Source of the DNA: Camelus ferus
Lineage: Eukaryota
Reading direction: 5' to 3'
DNA: 64,000 nt
Assembly (NCBI RefSeq): GCF_009834535.1
Contig: NC_045697.1
Location: 40,302,001-40,366,000 of the forward strand
The position numbers and the translations under genes were made by a program. Below are positions 26,901 through 40,923 of this stretch, piece after piece (position 1 is the stretch's first letter; every line of letters starts with the position of its first letter). The notes under the pieces were generated by a model. It saw nothing but the letters and a program-made list of their open reading frames with translations, did not search any database and was not told where the DNA came from.

Positions 26901-27370
26901 TGGTGGCGGGATTAGTGTTCCTTATTAAGCCTCTCAAGGGTGGGAGCCTAGGCTTCCTGCCCTCTTCGCTGGAGTGGGAAGAAGTTGGGGCATCAGTTCT
27001 TTTGTGGTGTTTGGTTGAGTAGAGTGGTTATTGTCTAAAAGTCTTCTGTTTTGCTAGACTGCCCCTTTCTTCATTCTTTGATTAGAGAGAGAGAGCTTTT
27101 GTTAGGGCTTATTAATCTGTTCCCCCTGGCCTTTCAGGGTTGCTGGATTCTTCAGCTTTAAGTCTGGTGTATATGAGACAAAAACCAAACCAAAGCAAAC
27201 AAAAAAACCAGGGAACTCACCACTGTGTTGTTTCTCAGATCCCAAGGTCCCTAACCAGTCTGCCTTTCAGTCTTCTTATGTTTATCTTATATACACTGCC
27301 CAGAGTTTTCAGTTGTCCTTAGTGGGAAGAGTATGGAAAAGTATGACTATCCCATCTTCCCAGAAGAGAA
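23950..27370 (-). mobile_element. Degenerate, fragmented old L1 (3' part, ORF2 remnants and an L1MC/L1MD-like 5' region)
   Basis: Antisense L1 text (atgttgaataagagtggtgacggcagatatccttgccttgttcc). The 25900-27370 part is similar to 40680-42240. Confidence 0.8.
25120..25143 (+). repeat. (TG)n microsatellite
   Basis: Directly visible. Confidence 0.95.
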
Positions 27371-30300
27371 CATGTTATGCATTCTTCTCAAACATAAAAG
27401 TCCCATGAAAATGTTCCGAGATATAACTTGTTCATCTATGCTGTCTCTTTCACTCAGTTTTTCCTTAATCCAAAGTATTCCTAAAGTGATTAAGATGGAG
27501 TTTCACAAGTATAAAATGTGTCCTTAGGATGTTAATACATCTCACAAGTAAGGGGGCAGATACGTTTAGGAAAGCTGTGCTAAACAGTTTCCTTTACTGC
27601 TGAATTTCTGAAGGTTTTTATTACATAAGTGTATACTCCAACTTTCCCAGGTAATAGATTCCTGAACAGGGAAAAAATTGATAGATTTTTATTTTAAAGG
27701 AGCAGGCAGGTAGTGGTATATAGAATAATGTAGATAATCAAGGAAATTATAATTCAAAGAATTTTTGCATTAAGATTAAAATAATATTTTCACCCCACCC
27801 ACCAAGAGGCAAAAATACATATTAAAATGCATGAAAGGAAATAGAGACTTTAAGTCATTTTGTGGGAAGAGTCTTTCATTAAACCAGCATGTACCACTCC
27901 TGGTTACATTCCTTGACCCCATCTCTATCTTTGGAATATCTTATTAGTTTTCAGAGATTTATAACACACTTTCTGGGCTCTACTTCCAAGACTTAATGAA
28001 CCCTACATATAATTAATGAAATGGAGACGCTGAAGGAGTGATATGATGACTAAACAGAAATTAAAGGCACATTTGAAGGTCACTCTATGTTGAATTTCAA
28101 TTAAAAAACAAACAAAGAAACAGTGGAATGTGCTCTGGTAGCCTTGTAGAGAGGCAAGTTTTCAGCCTTCTGATAAACCAGTCAGCCTGGGCTGTGACTG
28201 CAATAAAGACTTGATTGATAAACAAGATTGGTCAGAAGTAATCCAATGTATTATGAATTTAAAGGGTAATTTCTTACAGTGATATATTTGTATAGCTGGG
28301 CAAAGGAAATAATATGTTTCCTTCTTTTGGTACAAGTTTGAAGGGGTGGAGAATGCACAGAGTGGAAGAGGAAAGAGAGGACCCCTGCGGAAGGATGTGG
28401 TGAGACGGTGGAACCCAGAAATCCCAAGTGAAGGAGATGACAAATCCTACATTGTCATTGTCCACAAAAGCATCCATTTGTCTGGGCCAGAGATTACACG
28501 TTTGTGCTGGAGAGTTGTACATGCTCCTTGCTGAGTTCAAAAACATTTTGAAAGCTAAAGAGGACTGTTGGTTTCTTCCCCTAAATTACAGTTTTCATTT
28601 AGCTTATGAACCAACTTGTAAGTATGTTTTCCATACCATCTGGCTCATTCTTGTTCTTGCCTAAAATCACAGGCAGAGAGGGCTTGGAAGCCAGCCTCTG
28701 GGCATTTACTGAACATGTGGCCATTATGTAGGAGCATTCACATTTCCTGAAGCCATCCTCTTTAATTGAATCGTAGTAGTTAGGAAGGAATATTCCAAAA
28801 CATCTTAATGCAAACCTTTTCTGTTTTTAAATGTTTGATTGTGGAAAATTTCAAACATATAGAAAATACAGAGGGTAGTACAGTTAACTTGCATGTGCCT
28901 CTCAACCAGCTTCAGCAATGATCAACTTTTAGCCAATCTTGTTTCTTCTATACCTCAGTCTACTTCTGCTCCCACCCAGGGCATTTTGTGGCATATCCCA
29001 GACATGACATCATTTCATTTATAAATATTTCACTATGTACTTCTAAAAGTACTTTTTTCAAGGGGCACATGTTACTTGACTGTCTCTCTTTTGTAAGTTT
29101 AACAAGTATTGATGAGCCCTGTCTAGATCTAGTAATTTGTTAGGGTTGCAGAATGGTGATATTTATTTATTTCAGTGACTTTTAATCTCCCTTTGGCAAT
29201 AGGATGCCCTAGAAAAATGCTCTTCCTTCTCCCAACAAGAATCAAGGACTTAATTCATACTTCCTTAATCACTAAGAAATTCTCAGTTTTTCAGAAACCT
29301 TCAAGTACAACTTGGAATTAATGTTCATGGGCTTTTACCAACAAGTTCCTTGACATGTTTACATGGGTTTAGAATTAATGTGATGTGTTCCTGAAATAAA
29401 AGAATCAAAGCAATATATTTCTTCTTAATAATGTGACACATTAATATTTTAAGTCATAAGAAAAATTCATGAATTAATCAATTCAGCTAGTAAGCACCAA
29501 AACAATTTATAGATTAAGGAGTTAGGTGATTTTTTTTTAAAGTATGATTTGGCAAGATCTCTCAAAATTAAAAATGCTGAAAACCCTATTCCATTTATAA
29601 GAAATTTATCCCATAGATAATGTCCATAAATTTCAAAGGATATATGAACAAATTGTTCATTAAAGTACTAGTCAGAATAAAAAATTAAAGGGAAAAACCA
29701 TCAATTTCCTTTAGCAAAAGACTGATTAAATCGTTTTATATTCATAGTAGATGATCTACTGTGACATTTTTACAAAGTATTAGGTAAATCTCCATATATT
29801 GATATGGAGTTTTCAGTCTGTGAACTCAGGGTTTGTAGCCTAGTGGGAAATGGAATTCTATTGCTATGAACTGTATACAATTCTATAATTTTTTTAAAAA
29901 TGAAAAAATATTTTTTAATAAAAGTAAAATCTAATAAAGTAATCTATAGCTTTAGATAAGAGGGAGGAAAGGAATTTGATATGAGCTCAGTATTTCTGTA
30001 CGGACATTTAATTCACACAGAGAATCTAATGGTTGGCAATTGTTGCATCATGAGAGGTAGCCTCACTTTTAATCCTGAGCATAATTAACCAGCGACAATG
30101 GGGAGCAATTAGGAGCTTTAGCTCCTTGGATCCATGATTCATGTCAGTTGGAAGGAGGTCAGAACACTGGGTTAGGGCACAGTATTATGTAAGTGATAGA
30201 GGGACCGGTGAGTTCCAGCTGGAGAATGGTCAGAGGTGAGATGGTGAGATTTGAGTTAGATTTCGTACTTTGAGAAGGACAGGACAGGTGAGATTGGCAT

Positions 30301-33300
30301 TCCAGACACAGATGACAAAGATGCATTGGTGTGCTTGGGAAAAGGTGAGCAGACTACTTCGCTTGGTGAAGGGTTCATGTAGGGGAGAAGTGCAGGTATG
30401 GTTAGAAAGATCTATCTAGACCATGAAGCCTGGTTTGGGGGTGTGGACTTTATTCTGCGGGGAACACGAAGTCACTGAAAACTTACAGGATTTATCAGTG
30501 GAGGAGAGACTCACCAAACTGCACTGAGTCAGGAAAGAGTGATCGCTAATCGTATTTTTTTAAGGCTGCAGGCATGAAATCATCCTTAAGTCCATATCTG
30601 AGCAAAAAGAGAAGAGATCTCCTTTTGTGCTCTCAACCAAAATGTGCTTTTAACACCTACCTGCCAAGGGAAGACAGTGACAAGAAGGCTGTCACCTTTG
30701 GCCTTTTGCTTATTGCACTGTTTGGCTATTTTAATGAAACTTCATTCTGCCTCTCAGCACCTCTAGTTGTTGTAAATTTTCCACTGGAGCAAGGAGAGAT
30801 ATCAGCTGACCACTTTATTCATCAGAGTGACAGTGTTAGCTTTCCACCTTCCTAATGAAATTCTCCGGTTGGCTGTGAAAATAGCAGGAAGCCAGCTATA
30901 TTTAGCAAAGGAAAGCAACAAGTCTAAGCAGTGTGCAGAGAAGGGGAAAAATAGAAACACAAAGTCTTATGATTCGTGCAACCAACAGCACTGCTTACAA
31001 TTTTCCGTATTTTGTAACTGGCAAAAGCCGAGTGTTTTATTTTGCTCTTTAAACCGAAGTCAAGCCTACAAATTCATTCACTGTTATGTCTAAATAAAAT
31101 ATTTTATTCATTCAAGGGGCAGGGTATTTTTAGATTTCAAAAGAATGACAGAATAATGTACTTTTTGAAATAAACCAGCCAGTAAGTATGCTCATATTCA
31201 GGACTTTCTATTTGATTAAAAACTTTTACGGTTGAGAAACTGGTGTATTAAGTATTTTCAGTTAATTTCCTGTAAGACTTCTACTCTCCCATAGTCCTGT
31301 ATTAAATTGTTTCCATTTTTGTGAGTTCTAGCAACTTCCTTTGAGTTGAAAGCTTTAGATTGTGTTCACAAGACTTAATGCGACATGGAATATAAAATTT
31401 TTTCATGCTGAGAATTTTGAATCCTTAGCACCTCTAATGTAATTTTCATCACCGCTCTGGAATTTCCTGAGAAGCATGCATTCTTTGTTTAAACCTACAG
31501 GGAGAGGCATGAAGGAATTTACTAATTTATGAGATCAATTCTATTTTCACTGAAAAGTTCTTCCTTTGACTGGGCGGAAATCTTTCTTCTAATTTCCACT
31601 TATGAGTGCTGCCCTCTATATAAAAATAGACAGTGTCTATTCCTAATACATATTCGCTTTTCAAATTTTTGAAGTTAAGTGTAATCTGACCAGAGTATGT
31701 TTAATGGACTAAGATAATTCCTAGCCTTTTAACCCAGGTTCCACCTTTGATTCATATTGAGTCTACGGTCAGCTCATCTTCTAAGATTTTTAATTAAAGG
31801 GCACGGTTGTGGTACACCTGTGTGTTCAATGGCAGGAACATCTTTCTGACGTTTTATCGGGCATCTGCTTCATGAACATGAGACCTGTAGCCCAGAGCAC
31901 CTGGTTGGTTCTTGCATTGTAGACCCACACGAGGCACCCACAAAAAAGGTTTGCTTAAACTTTCAAAGGGATAATGTTTCTTCTTCATTTGTGATTTTAC
32001 TCTGAGTCTCCAAAGTCAATTACTGAAGTAAAAAAGAAAATTGAAAGGCTTTCTGTTTACTCCTGGGCCAACGAATTGTTAGTTGATTAGTTTGCCTAGC
32101 TATTAATATTTTAAAGTAAGGTTCAGAGTAATTTTAGATACATACTTATTATGTTTAACTGCAAATTATCCTCCCTAGCACTGGGTTTGTTTTTTTTCCA
32201 AATCATTTCCTCCTTGGTGGGCTGCTGTGGTTGTCAACTTCAGGAAGTCCCTGAAAGCTTGATCAAAGGAGGATAAATTGAAAAAAATCAATAAAATAAT
32301 GCTTAATCACTAGTCCCATTGTCCTCATTATTCTTGTCAAGCCTCCAGATGTCACCAGGGGACAATTTTTAACAGAAAATCATCTTCCTGGATAATATAA
32401 AATACAAACCTTTCTTTAAGACATATCTACTCTTTAAAATTTCTAGCACAAAGTGAGAGCAAAATCTGGCAGAAACTATTGGAATAAATCTTGAACGTTT
32501 TCTTAGAATAGACTTAAATTATATTTGCTTACCATTGGCAATACTAGTGTTCACTTTAATATGCAAACCTCTCACTTCCTCTGTAACTTTCTTTCAGTGT
32601 TTACATAATTATAACTGGGTGTTCTGAGCTCTCCATCAGGAAAGACTTGTGTCATATTTTAACATGTGTCTAACCCCAAGTCCTAAATACACAACTGCTA
32701 TATTTAAAAAGGGAGGGAATTGTGTGGCTCTTAAATGGGTGCCAGAGTGGCATCCACAGACTATAAAGTATACAATTCTTTTCCAATTTGTAAACAATGG
32801 GAGTCATCAGAATTTTTGAAACATTCCATTTCCCTAGTATGTCCTGAGTCCAGCCAAGGGTTGAGTTCATAGTGAACTCAACATACTCCATAACACTTTA
32901 ACTGGCTCCTCCTGGCAGGGGCTTCTCCTGGCTTAGACAGAGGGTGCCAGTCTTTTTCCACAGGGACCATTGGTGTCAAGTCTTCAACTTCACTCTAGGA
33001 AGCTGTGCTGGCTCTCATGTTGTCTCAACATATCATTTAAATCATTTTGCTAATGAAGCTTACATGGATTTGTCTTGGTTGCCCAAGCAGATGTTAACTT
33101 CCTGAGCACCTTAACTCATTCAGTTCCCTACAGTTTTTAGTTTAGGTGTTCAATGAATGATAACTGATTTGACTCTTTCTGGCATTATTTGGACCAGCTT
33201 TATTTTACCATCAGTTTTAGTACAATTATTGTATGTATAAAGTACTTTCACAAAAAACCACATTTTTGGTATAATACATTATCGTATTCTTCCTTTAAGG

Positions 33301-34355
33301 AGTAGCCTTGTTAGAGTTCTTAGTATAGCAATATAGAGTTTGTGATCTTAAGACACTGTTTTTCACTGTTTTCCTACATTGGTTTGGAATACCGCTTCCT
33401 GATTTCGTGAGGGCAAAGCAAGTAGAGAGTACTTGTTTTCACAAGACATTTTCATTCTAAGTGGCACTTCTCAAAAAAACCATGATTCTATGATTTGGGG
33501 TTCTCATATTTATTTTAAGTTACTGTTTGGGAAAAGTTCCATATTTTAGTAATGAAAACTAAGTCTTTTAAGATAAATGTTGGCCATTGTTGGAGGTATG
33601 GATGCAAAGCAAAGTTACAAATAATTTTACCCTTTCCTTACTCTTCAATCTATTTTATGTTGTCTTTTTCCTTTATATTTTACAAAAAAGAATCCTTTGC
33701 AAAAAAGTAGCTGGATGAGAACTTTATGATACTTGAACCTCAGCTCTGGGCTCAGTGCTGCATGTGGTAGAGGAAAAACAGCCCCAGCACAGAGAGTTAG
33801 AACACAGCCAAGGAGACGAGATTTATAGGCACATAAAATTACTGAATGAAATAAGGGCCTAAAATTATAGAACATAATTAAGTGCACACTGAGTAAAATA
33901 CAAGTATTATATTTTACATTCACATAACTTCTTTCTCCAAGTTTCTCCACGGAATTCAAGGTGTGAATAATAAGAGCTAACAATTGTTAACACTTACTCT
34001 GTGCCAGATGCTGGACAAAGGGCTTTGGAGGCAGTCTTTACTGACTCCCCCACAACAGCCTTCCTAGGGCAGAATGGTTATGATTCCTGTTGTAAAGGCC
34101 AGCACACAGGGGCCTACAGAAGCTACATCGCTTGCTCAGCCTCACACGGCTTCGGGCGGAGGGCCCGGGTTTGGCCCCGTCTCTGAATCTGAATCAAACC
34201 CTGCAGCTGCTCTCAGCCGCTATTCTTTGTTCTCCAAACTGCAGGTCCTAGCTCAAGACTGTGTCAAAAGAACAAATTAGTGGGTAACAACTCTAATTTT
34301 AAGAAATAAAACAAAAATGAGCCAGGTGTACCTCACATTAATATTGTTTTGTGAG

Positions 34356-34895
34356 TAGAAAATATTTGCAAATGATACGACTGACAAGAAACTAAACAGT
34401 TCATAACAGCTTACTATCAAAAATGTAAGCAACCCAATAAAAAAATCGGCAGAAGATCTAAATAGACATCTCTCCAAAGAAGACATCCAGATGGCCAACA
34501 ATCACATGAAAAGATGCTTAATATCGCTAATTATTAGAGAAATGCAAATCAGAACTACAGTGGGTATCACCTCACACCAGTCAGAATGGCCATCATTAAA
34601 AAGTCCATAAATAATAAATGCTGGAGAGGGTGTGGAGGAAAGGGAACCCTCCTACAGTATTAGTGGGAATGTAGTTCGGTGCAGCCATTATGGAAAACAG
34701 TATGGAGAGTCCTTAAAAAACTAAAAATAGACTTACCATATGATCCAGCAATCCCACTCTTGGGCATATATCCGGAGAAAGCGATAATTCAAAAAGACAC
34801 ATGCACACCAGTGTTTATAGCAACACTATTTACTATAGCCAAGACATGGAAACAACCTAAATGTCCATCGACAGATGACTGGATAAAGATGTGAG

Positions 34896-34944
<49 letters not shown>

Positions 34945-35390
34945 TAAAGAAGAATGAAATATTTCCATTTATAGCAACATGGATGGACCTAGAAATTATC
35001 ATATGAAGTGAAGTAAGTCAGACAGAGAAAGACAAATATCATATATGTCACTTATATGTAAAATCTAAACAGAAAGATACAAATTTTATTTACAAACCAG
35101 AAATTGACTCATGGACATAGAAAACAAACTGTGGTTACCAGGAAGGAAGTGGGAGAGGGATAGATTAGGAGTTTGGGATTAACAGATACACATTATGATA
35201 TGTAAGATAGATAAATAGCAAGGACCTACTGCATAGCACAAGCAACTATGTTCAGTATCTTGTAATGAGCTGTAATGGAAAACAATCTGAAAAAAATAAA
35301 TATGTATATGTATTACTGAATCATTTTGCTGTACACCTGAAATTCACATTATAAATCAATTACACTTCAATAAAAGTAAGACTTATAAAA
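34356..35390 (+). mobile_element. 5'-truncated young-type L1 with a perfect 16-bp TSD
   Basis: ORF 34679..34894 ([31 protein letters not shown]) is L1 ORF2. TSD AATATTGTTTTGTGAG at 34340-34355 and 35391-35406. Internal (TA)n(CA)n. Confidence 0.95.
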
Positions 35391-38289
35391 AATATTGTTT
35401 TGTGAGACTTCTGTGTGTGTGTATTTGTAAGTGGACAGAGTCATGATGTGAAATGGAATGCTTGTGATGTGCTGGAGGCAAAAAAATTTGAAAAGTTCTG
35501 GCACACTGTGCTGCCTTTCATGGAAATCTGAATCAGGCTCCCGGAGAAAGGAGAAACAGAGATTTATGGGGTTGTTGTTTTTGTTTTTAGTTGATGGATG
35601 AAGAGGCTGGGACCAGAAGTAAGGCAGGACTACTTCTTAAAATGAGAAATGTATGGAACTGGGAATTCAGTTTGGCTTCACTGAGTGACAGCAAAAGGCA
35701 ATGAACCACCCTAGAGGCTATGGGGAATGTAAAGATATTGAAAATGCTCTCCCTTCCTCCAGGTTTCCAGTCTAGAAGAACAGGTAATGTTAGTGGGGAG
35801 AAAGATGGTGGGGAAGAGGGGCATCTGAGGTATTGTGAAGGAGAGCAGCTGTCACCTGAGTGACTTATTCTTTGGTGATTTTTGTGGCTATTTAGAGAAT
35901 GCTTTAAAAATTTCATCAAGGGAGAGAGTTAGGAAAAAAACGTGTCTAAAAATTCTTCTTGAGGTAGGCAATAATAAAGAGAAGGTTGCAAAACACTGAT
36001 GTAGACCAGGGTAACTGGGAATGCAAAAACCAGAGAAGAAATTTTGGGTGGGGAGAGGTGAATTAAAAGGCCACATGTAGTAGGTGCAGAAAAAATGAGA
36101 AGAGATGGATGGAAAAGAACTAATAAGTCAGTAGGCTTCCGGGAGACAATTCAGGGAGTGTGGCAAAGACCTGGGGGATCTGTGGGGAGGGAAGAAATGA
36201 TTGCAAGAGAAATGGGGAAAGGAGATTTAAAAATACTAATGTGCATTGGGAGTAAAATCCCTCTGATGCTGGTCTGAAGAAGCACGTGAGGGTTAGAATT
36301 ACACTTACTTAGTTTTGATCTTTTGACCTTTAGTGGTGGCATCAAGAAGTCAGTTCTTTGGGATGAATCATCTGTGCTTTTTTGATCTTACCCAAAATGC
36401 TACAAAATGCCACTATCATAGATTCTCTGGTGCCCTCCAATAACACAACTGCGAAGGCCGGATTATTTAGAAGCCATGACAATTGATTTAGTTTCTTTGA
36501 CAGAGCATCTGAAGAGACTGGGTCTCACGAACCCTGGACTTTATTTGGGTCATGCAGTTTATATAATTATCCCGGAGCCATTTAAGCTGGATGGCTGAAT
36601 TCTTTAGAGCTGCCTCAAAGACATTCAGTTGTATTTTGTGCAACTTTGAACAGCTATCTACATGAATGCCACCAGTCCTGGGAAGTCCAAAGACTGAGCA
36701 TCAGAGTATCTACAAAGCAATCAGGTGTCCTCAACGTTTTCTTGTCCTTAGGAAGGAGCTGTGTCTTCCAATGGTGTAGAGAGATGATTCTTCAGAGATC
36801 TTGCTGCAAAATCAGTGTCGTTCTTGGGAGATGAGTTGAAATCTACCTGGTTCCACTCACTAGCTTAAAAAGACAGGATCCTCCTTTAAATGAATCGTAA
36901 TAGGGTCTATTTCCCACTGCCAGGGATATACACAAAATCACTTGTTGTATCGTGAATAAAGTCTTTTTGTTATCAGGGCAGGTTTACCGCACTCCACTAA
37001 AGTGGAAGGGTATTTGTTAAATGGATTATAATACAAACACCAAGTTAGACTTCTCAAAAATAGTGCCAGACCCCAAAGGTCAGGAAGGCATCAGGCTGTT
37101 GCATTGAATTAGGAGCATAGATGTTCCAGTCCATGTGATAAAGACTTACCCACGTTCAATTATATTAATTGAACCACCTGAATCAATTATATTAATTAAA
37201 GGAGCAAAATATGGCTATAATTAAATGCAATTGTGTGCTTTCAAAAAGTGTAGTAAGAACAATGAACATGTGATCTAACCTTTTAACAAAACTGTTTTAA
37301 GTATAGGACATGGTGTTTATTAACTATAGGCTGATGTCCTCCGGAATCTACTTGTCTTGGGTAACTGAAACTTTACACCCACCAAGAACAACTCCACATT
37401 TGCCCCTGCCCTGGCCCTGGCCATCTCCGGTCTACTCTGCTTCTGTGCGTTTTTCTGAGGCTATTCCAGACGCCTCAAGTCTGCGGACTCCCTACTACCC
37501 TTAGGTTGGCACATGAGTGTTGGTAAAGGAATGAGAGAGGTGAGAGAAAAGGAGCAATATAGCGGTCGAGGGCGGGCAGGGACTTCCCAGACATAGTTTG
37601 GAAATAGTCCAAATTGTGTAGTTAAAAATAAATAATGTTTTTTTTTTTTTTGTAAATTTCTTTTTCCCAGTTGTGCATTGTCTGATGTGATCATGACCTT
37701 GTCAGCAAGTTCTATTTTCATTGTGACTGGAAAACCTTTTACCTCATGCTCACTTGGGGGAAATTTGAGTCCTTACTGTTAAAACTTCTTCCTTCACTAA
37801 TTGGCCTTCTCCTCTGTCTGAGCAGCTTCGTGGAAAGTTCAACTTATTTGTCTAAGAGTTTCCTCCTCAGGGTCATTCTAAAATTTCATTGTATTACATA
37901 CATTTTATTTCAGGAATTGCTATTTCCCTCACAATACGATTGGCGTAGTGACAGAAAAATTGTGTGCAAGTGGAAAGAAGACCTGATTTTTTTACAAGTG
38001 GACTTTATGGTATCCCCACTGTCTCCTAATACTATCAAGTAGTCAGTATCAATGAAAGTTTGCTTTGTTTTGAAACATTTTCAAGAACTTGAGCAAATAT
38101 CTAGAAATGATTTAAGGAAACCTGTGATGTACCATAAATGGGGCTGGAAAGTAATGGACTAGAAGTATAGTAACCTCGATCTGATGCTCTCATCGCTTGC
38201 ATGTGCCAGATTGGAGTAACACTGTAAATTATCCTATTCTAGTTAGGAAAGTGCATCAGGGTTAAGATTTAAATTTAGAATTGGCTTCA

Positions 38290-38617
38290 AAGGACACAAA
38301 TGAACATATTTACAAAACAGACTCACGGACATGGAAAACAAACTTAGGGTTACCAGGAGGAAAAAAGGGGGAGTGGAGAGATAAATTGGGAGTTCAGGAT
38401 TTGCAGGTACTAACTACTATATATAAAATAGATCAACAACAAGATCCTATTGTATAGCACAGGGAACTGTACTCAATACCTTGTGGTGGCCTATAATGGA
38501 AAAGAATATGAAAAGGAATATACAGGTGTATAACTGAATCACTGTGCTGTACACCAGAAGCTAATACAACATTGTAAATCGACTATACTTCAATAAAAAA
38601 ATAATAAGATAAAATAA
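38290..38617 (+). mobile_element. Young-type L1 3' end with an 11-bp TSD
   Basis: TSD AATTGGCTTCA at 38279-38289 and 38618-38628. Ends ctatacttcaataaaaaa. Confidence 0.93.
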
Positions 38618-39506
38618 AATTGGCTTCATTTTGGGGGGAAATGGTGACATTTATATATAATTTTTGCACATTCTTCTCCATTATGATGTCTAGTTAAGCT
38701 CTATTCAGTATATAATTAGCCCCATGCTTAGTGCCATAATAAAGATCATAGGAGTTACAAAGCTAAGTGGTTTTCTGCCAGGGAGAAAATTATCGCTGAA
38801 GAGCTAAGACAGCACTCACATGAAACTGCTTCAGGGAATTAAAGAAACCTAGTTTCGGAGCTAGTGTATGCCTTTAAATCACCCCTGTGTATTCTGGCAA
38901 AAACCTAGACCATGATGAGAATATAAATTAACCTCAGGTTGTTTAATAGGCAGTATTTTGGTGACTGTCTACTGAATTAGACATGGCAGCCACAGGAAGC
39001 GTAGGAGATGAGGTAGGACAGAGAGTGGGTTGGGATGAGGCTAGTTCTGTCCCACCGTGTTTCCAAGAAGTTTTGTATAAAGTGGGCTTTAGGATGTTTG
39101 CTGAAACCCACTTACAGGGGAAATGTTTTGTTTGAACTTGAGGTAAAATAAGCTACCATGTGCTGGACCCACTGGCTGGCCTGAGTAAGCCAGCCAGGAT
39201 GGCGCTATCTCCAGGCGCTCCCCTGCAGCTCACCCCACAGAAAAGGTTCCACTTGTATTGCCCACTGCTACCCCTCTTCTTGGCACCCTAAATCTTCTTA
39301 ATCTTTGTCTATGACCACACCCCACTGTATGCACCCAATAGTCCAAATCTTCTTCTTATTCTTTTACCTATTTATCTATTTCTAAGGAAACAAATATTTA
39401 AAATATAAGAAGTTTTTATAGTAAAAAGAAGAGATAAAGACAAAGTCTGTAACTTTTATATGCATCAGCGGAACCTGGTAGTATCTGAATAGCAGTGACC
39501 TCTTGC

Positions 39507-39805
39507 CGGGCTGGCTCCATGGGTGGGCGGCCTGTGCTGTCACACAGACCCCATGCTCAGGGGGAACAGCTTAGTTTAATGCTCTGTGGTTGCCATCTTG
39601 GAGCTCTTAATAGTTATCTTTGAACTTGTGGTTTGTAAGTGAAGCCTGAGGGGGCAATGGAGCATGCCCTTGAGCAGATGACATGTACAGGAGAAAAGAA
39701 GGAGCTTTGTAATTTAGTACCTTTAATAGCTCTTTCCCCCTGATTTCTAAATGAGAGGCTTTGCATTTTCAATTGTACTGGGCTTTGCAAATTATGTAGT
39801 TATTT
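39507..39805 (+). mobile_element. MER45-family hAT-Tip100 DNA transposon fragment
   Basis: gggctggctccatggg...tttaatgctctg..gccatcttg..cttaata...gcattttc...ctggg..gcaaattatgtag resembles the recalled MER45 consensus. Confidence 0.7.
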
Positions 39806-39967
39806 TGTCTCTTTACAGATCTTTACATTTTTAAAATTCCACTAATTATAGCACATTCTTTGAGACTTTTCTCCTGTAAATGGTCATGTTTATCTATTAA
39901 ACGTGTATCATGTTTTGTTGCAAACATTCTTGAGACTACTCTGTAGGAGTCAGTTTATGAGAAGCAT

Positions 39968-40300
39968 TGTCTTAGTCTGTTTGGGCTGCCATAACAGAAG
40001 TACCTTAGACGGGGTGGCCTAAACAACAGACATTTATTTCTCACAGTTCTGAAGGCTGGAAGTCCAAGATCAAGGCACCTGCGGTTTCAGGGTCTGGTGA
40101 GCGCCCGTGTCTGGTTCATAGACAGCCGTCTTCCTGTAACTGCATATGGTAGGAGGGGCAAGGGAGCTCTCTGGGGTCTCATTATAAGGGCACTAAATTC
40201 CGTTCACGAGGACTCTGAGCTCATTCTTAATCACCTCCAGAAGGTCCCACCTCCTAATACCATCACACTGGGGATTAGGTTTCAATATATGAAACATCAC
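39968..40300 (-). mobile_element. MaLR solo LTR (MLT1A-like)
   Basis: tgtcttagtctgtttgggctgccataaca...catttatttctcacagttctgaaggctggaagtccaagatcaagg...aataccatcacactgggg. Confidence 0.85.
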
Positions 40301-40639
40301 TCTTTTCACTGTAATATACTTCCATGGTAGCAAGATTATGTACAGAATTCTGCCATATGTTTAAGCATTTATTAGCAAACAGACAAAAACAGCCAAGGCA
40401 TAAGAAGCCCCTACTCTGTCCTTTTTGGCTCTCCAACAAGCACTTTGCAGGAAGGATTCACTCTTAGGCAAATACAATGTAACATTCTGATGACAGATTC
40501 AGCTAACCTAGTTGATGAGGAAACAGAATTCTCCATTCATTGGGAGGTTAGATGACCTTAGTCTAGAAGCATTAGGCTACTGGGTGAATCAGATTCTCTC
40601 CCTCTGTTCATTCAGAAAAAGGTCCTTTAATGATGTCTC

Positions 40640-40843
40640 TAACTTGCTGTGTGTTTCAATGGGTCTGTCCTATCTGGGCTTTACTAAACTTTTTGAATTC
40701 ATAGGTTTTGTCTTTTGCCAAATTTGGGAAATCTTTAACAATTATTTCTTCAAGTGCTTTTCCAGCCTTGCCTCTCTTTTTCCTCCCCTTGAACTTTCAT
40801 ATTAGATCTTTTATTATAGTCCCACTGGTTCCTGAGGCTCTTC

Positions 40844-40923
<80 letters not shown>

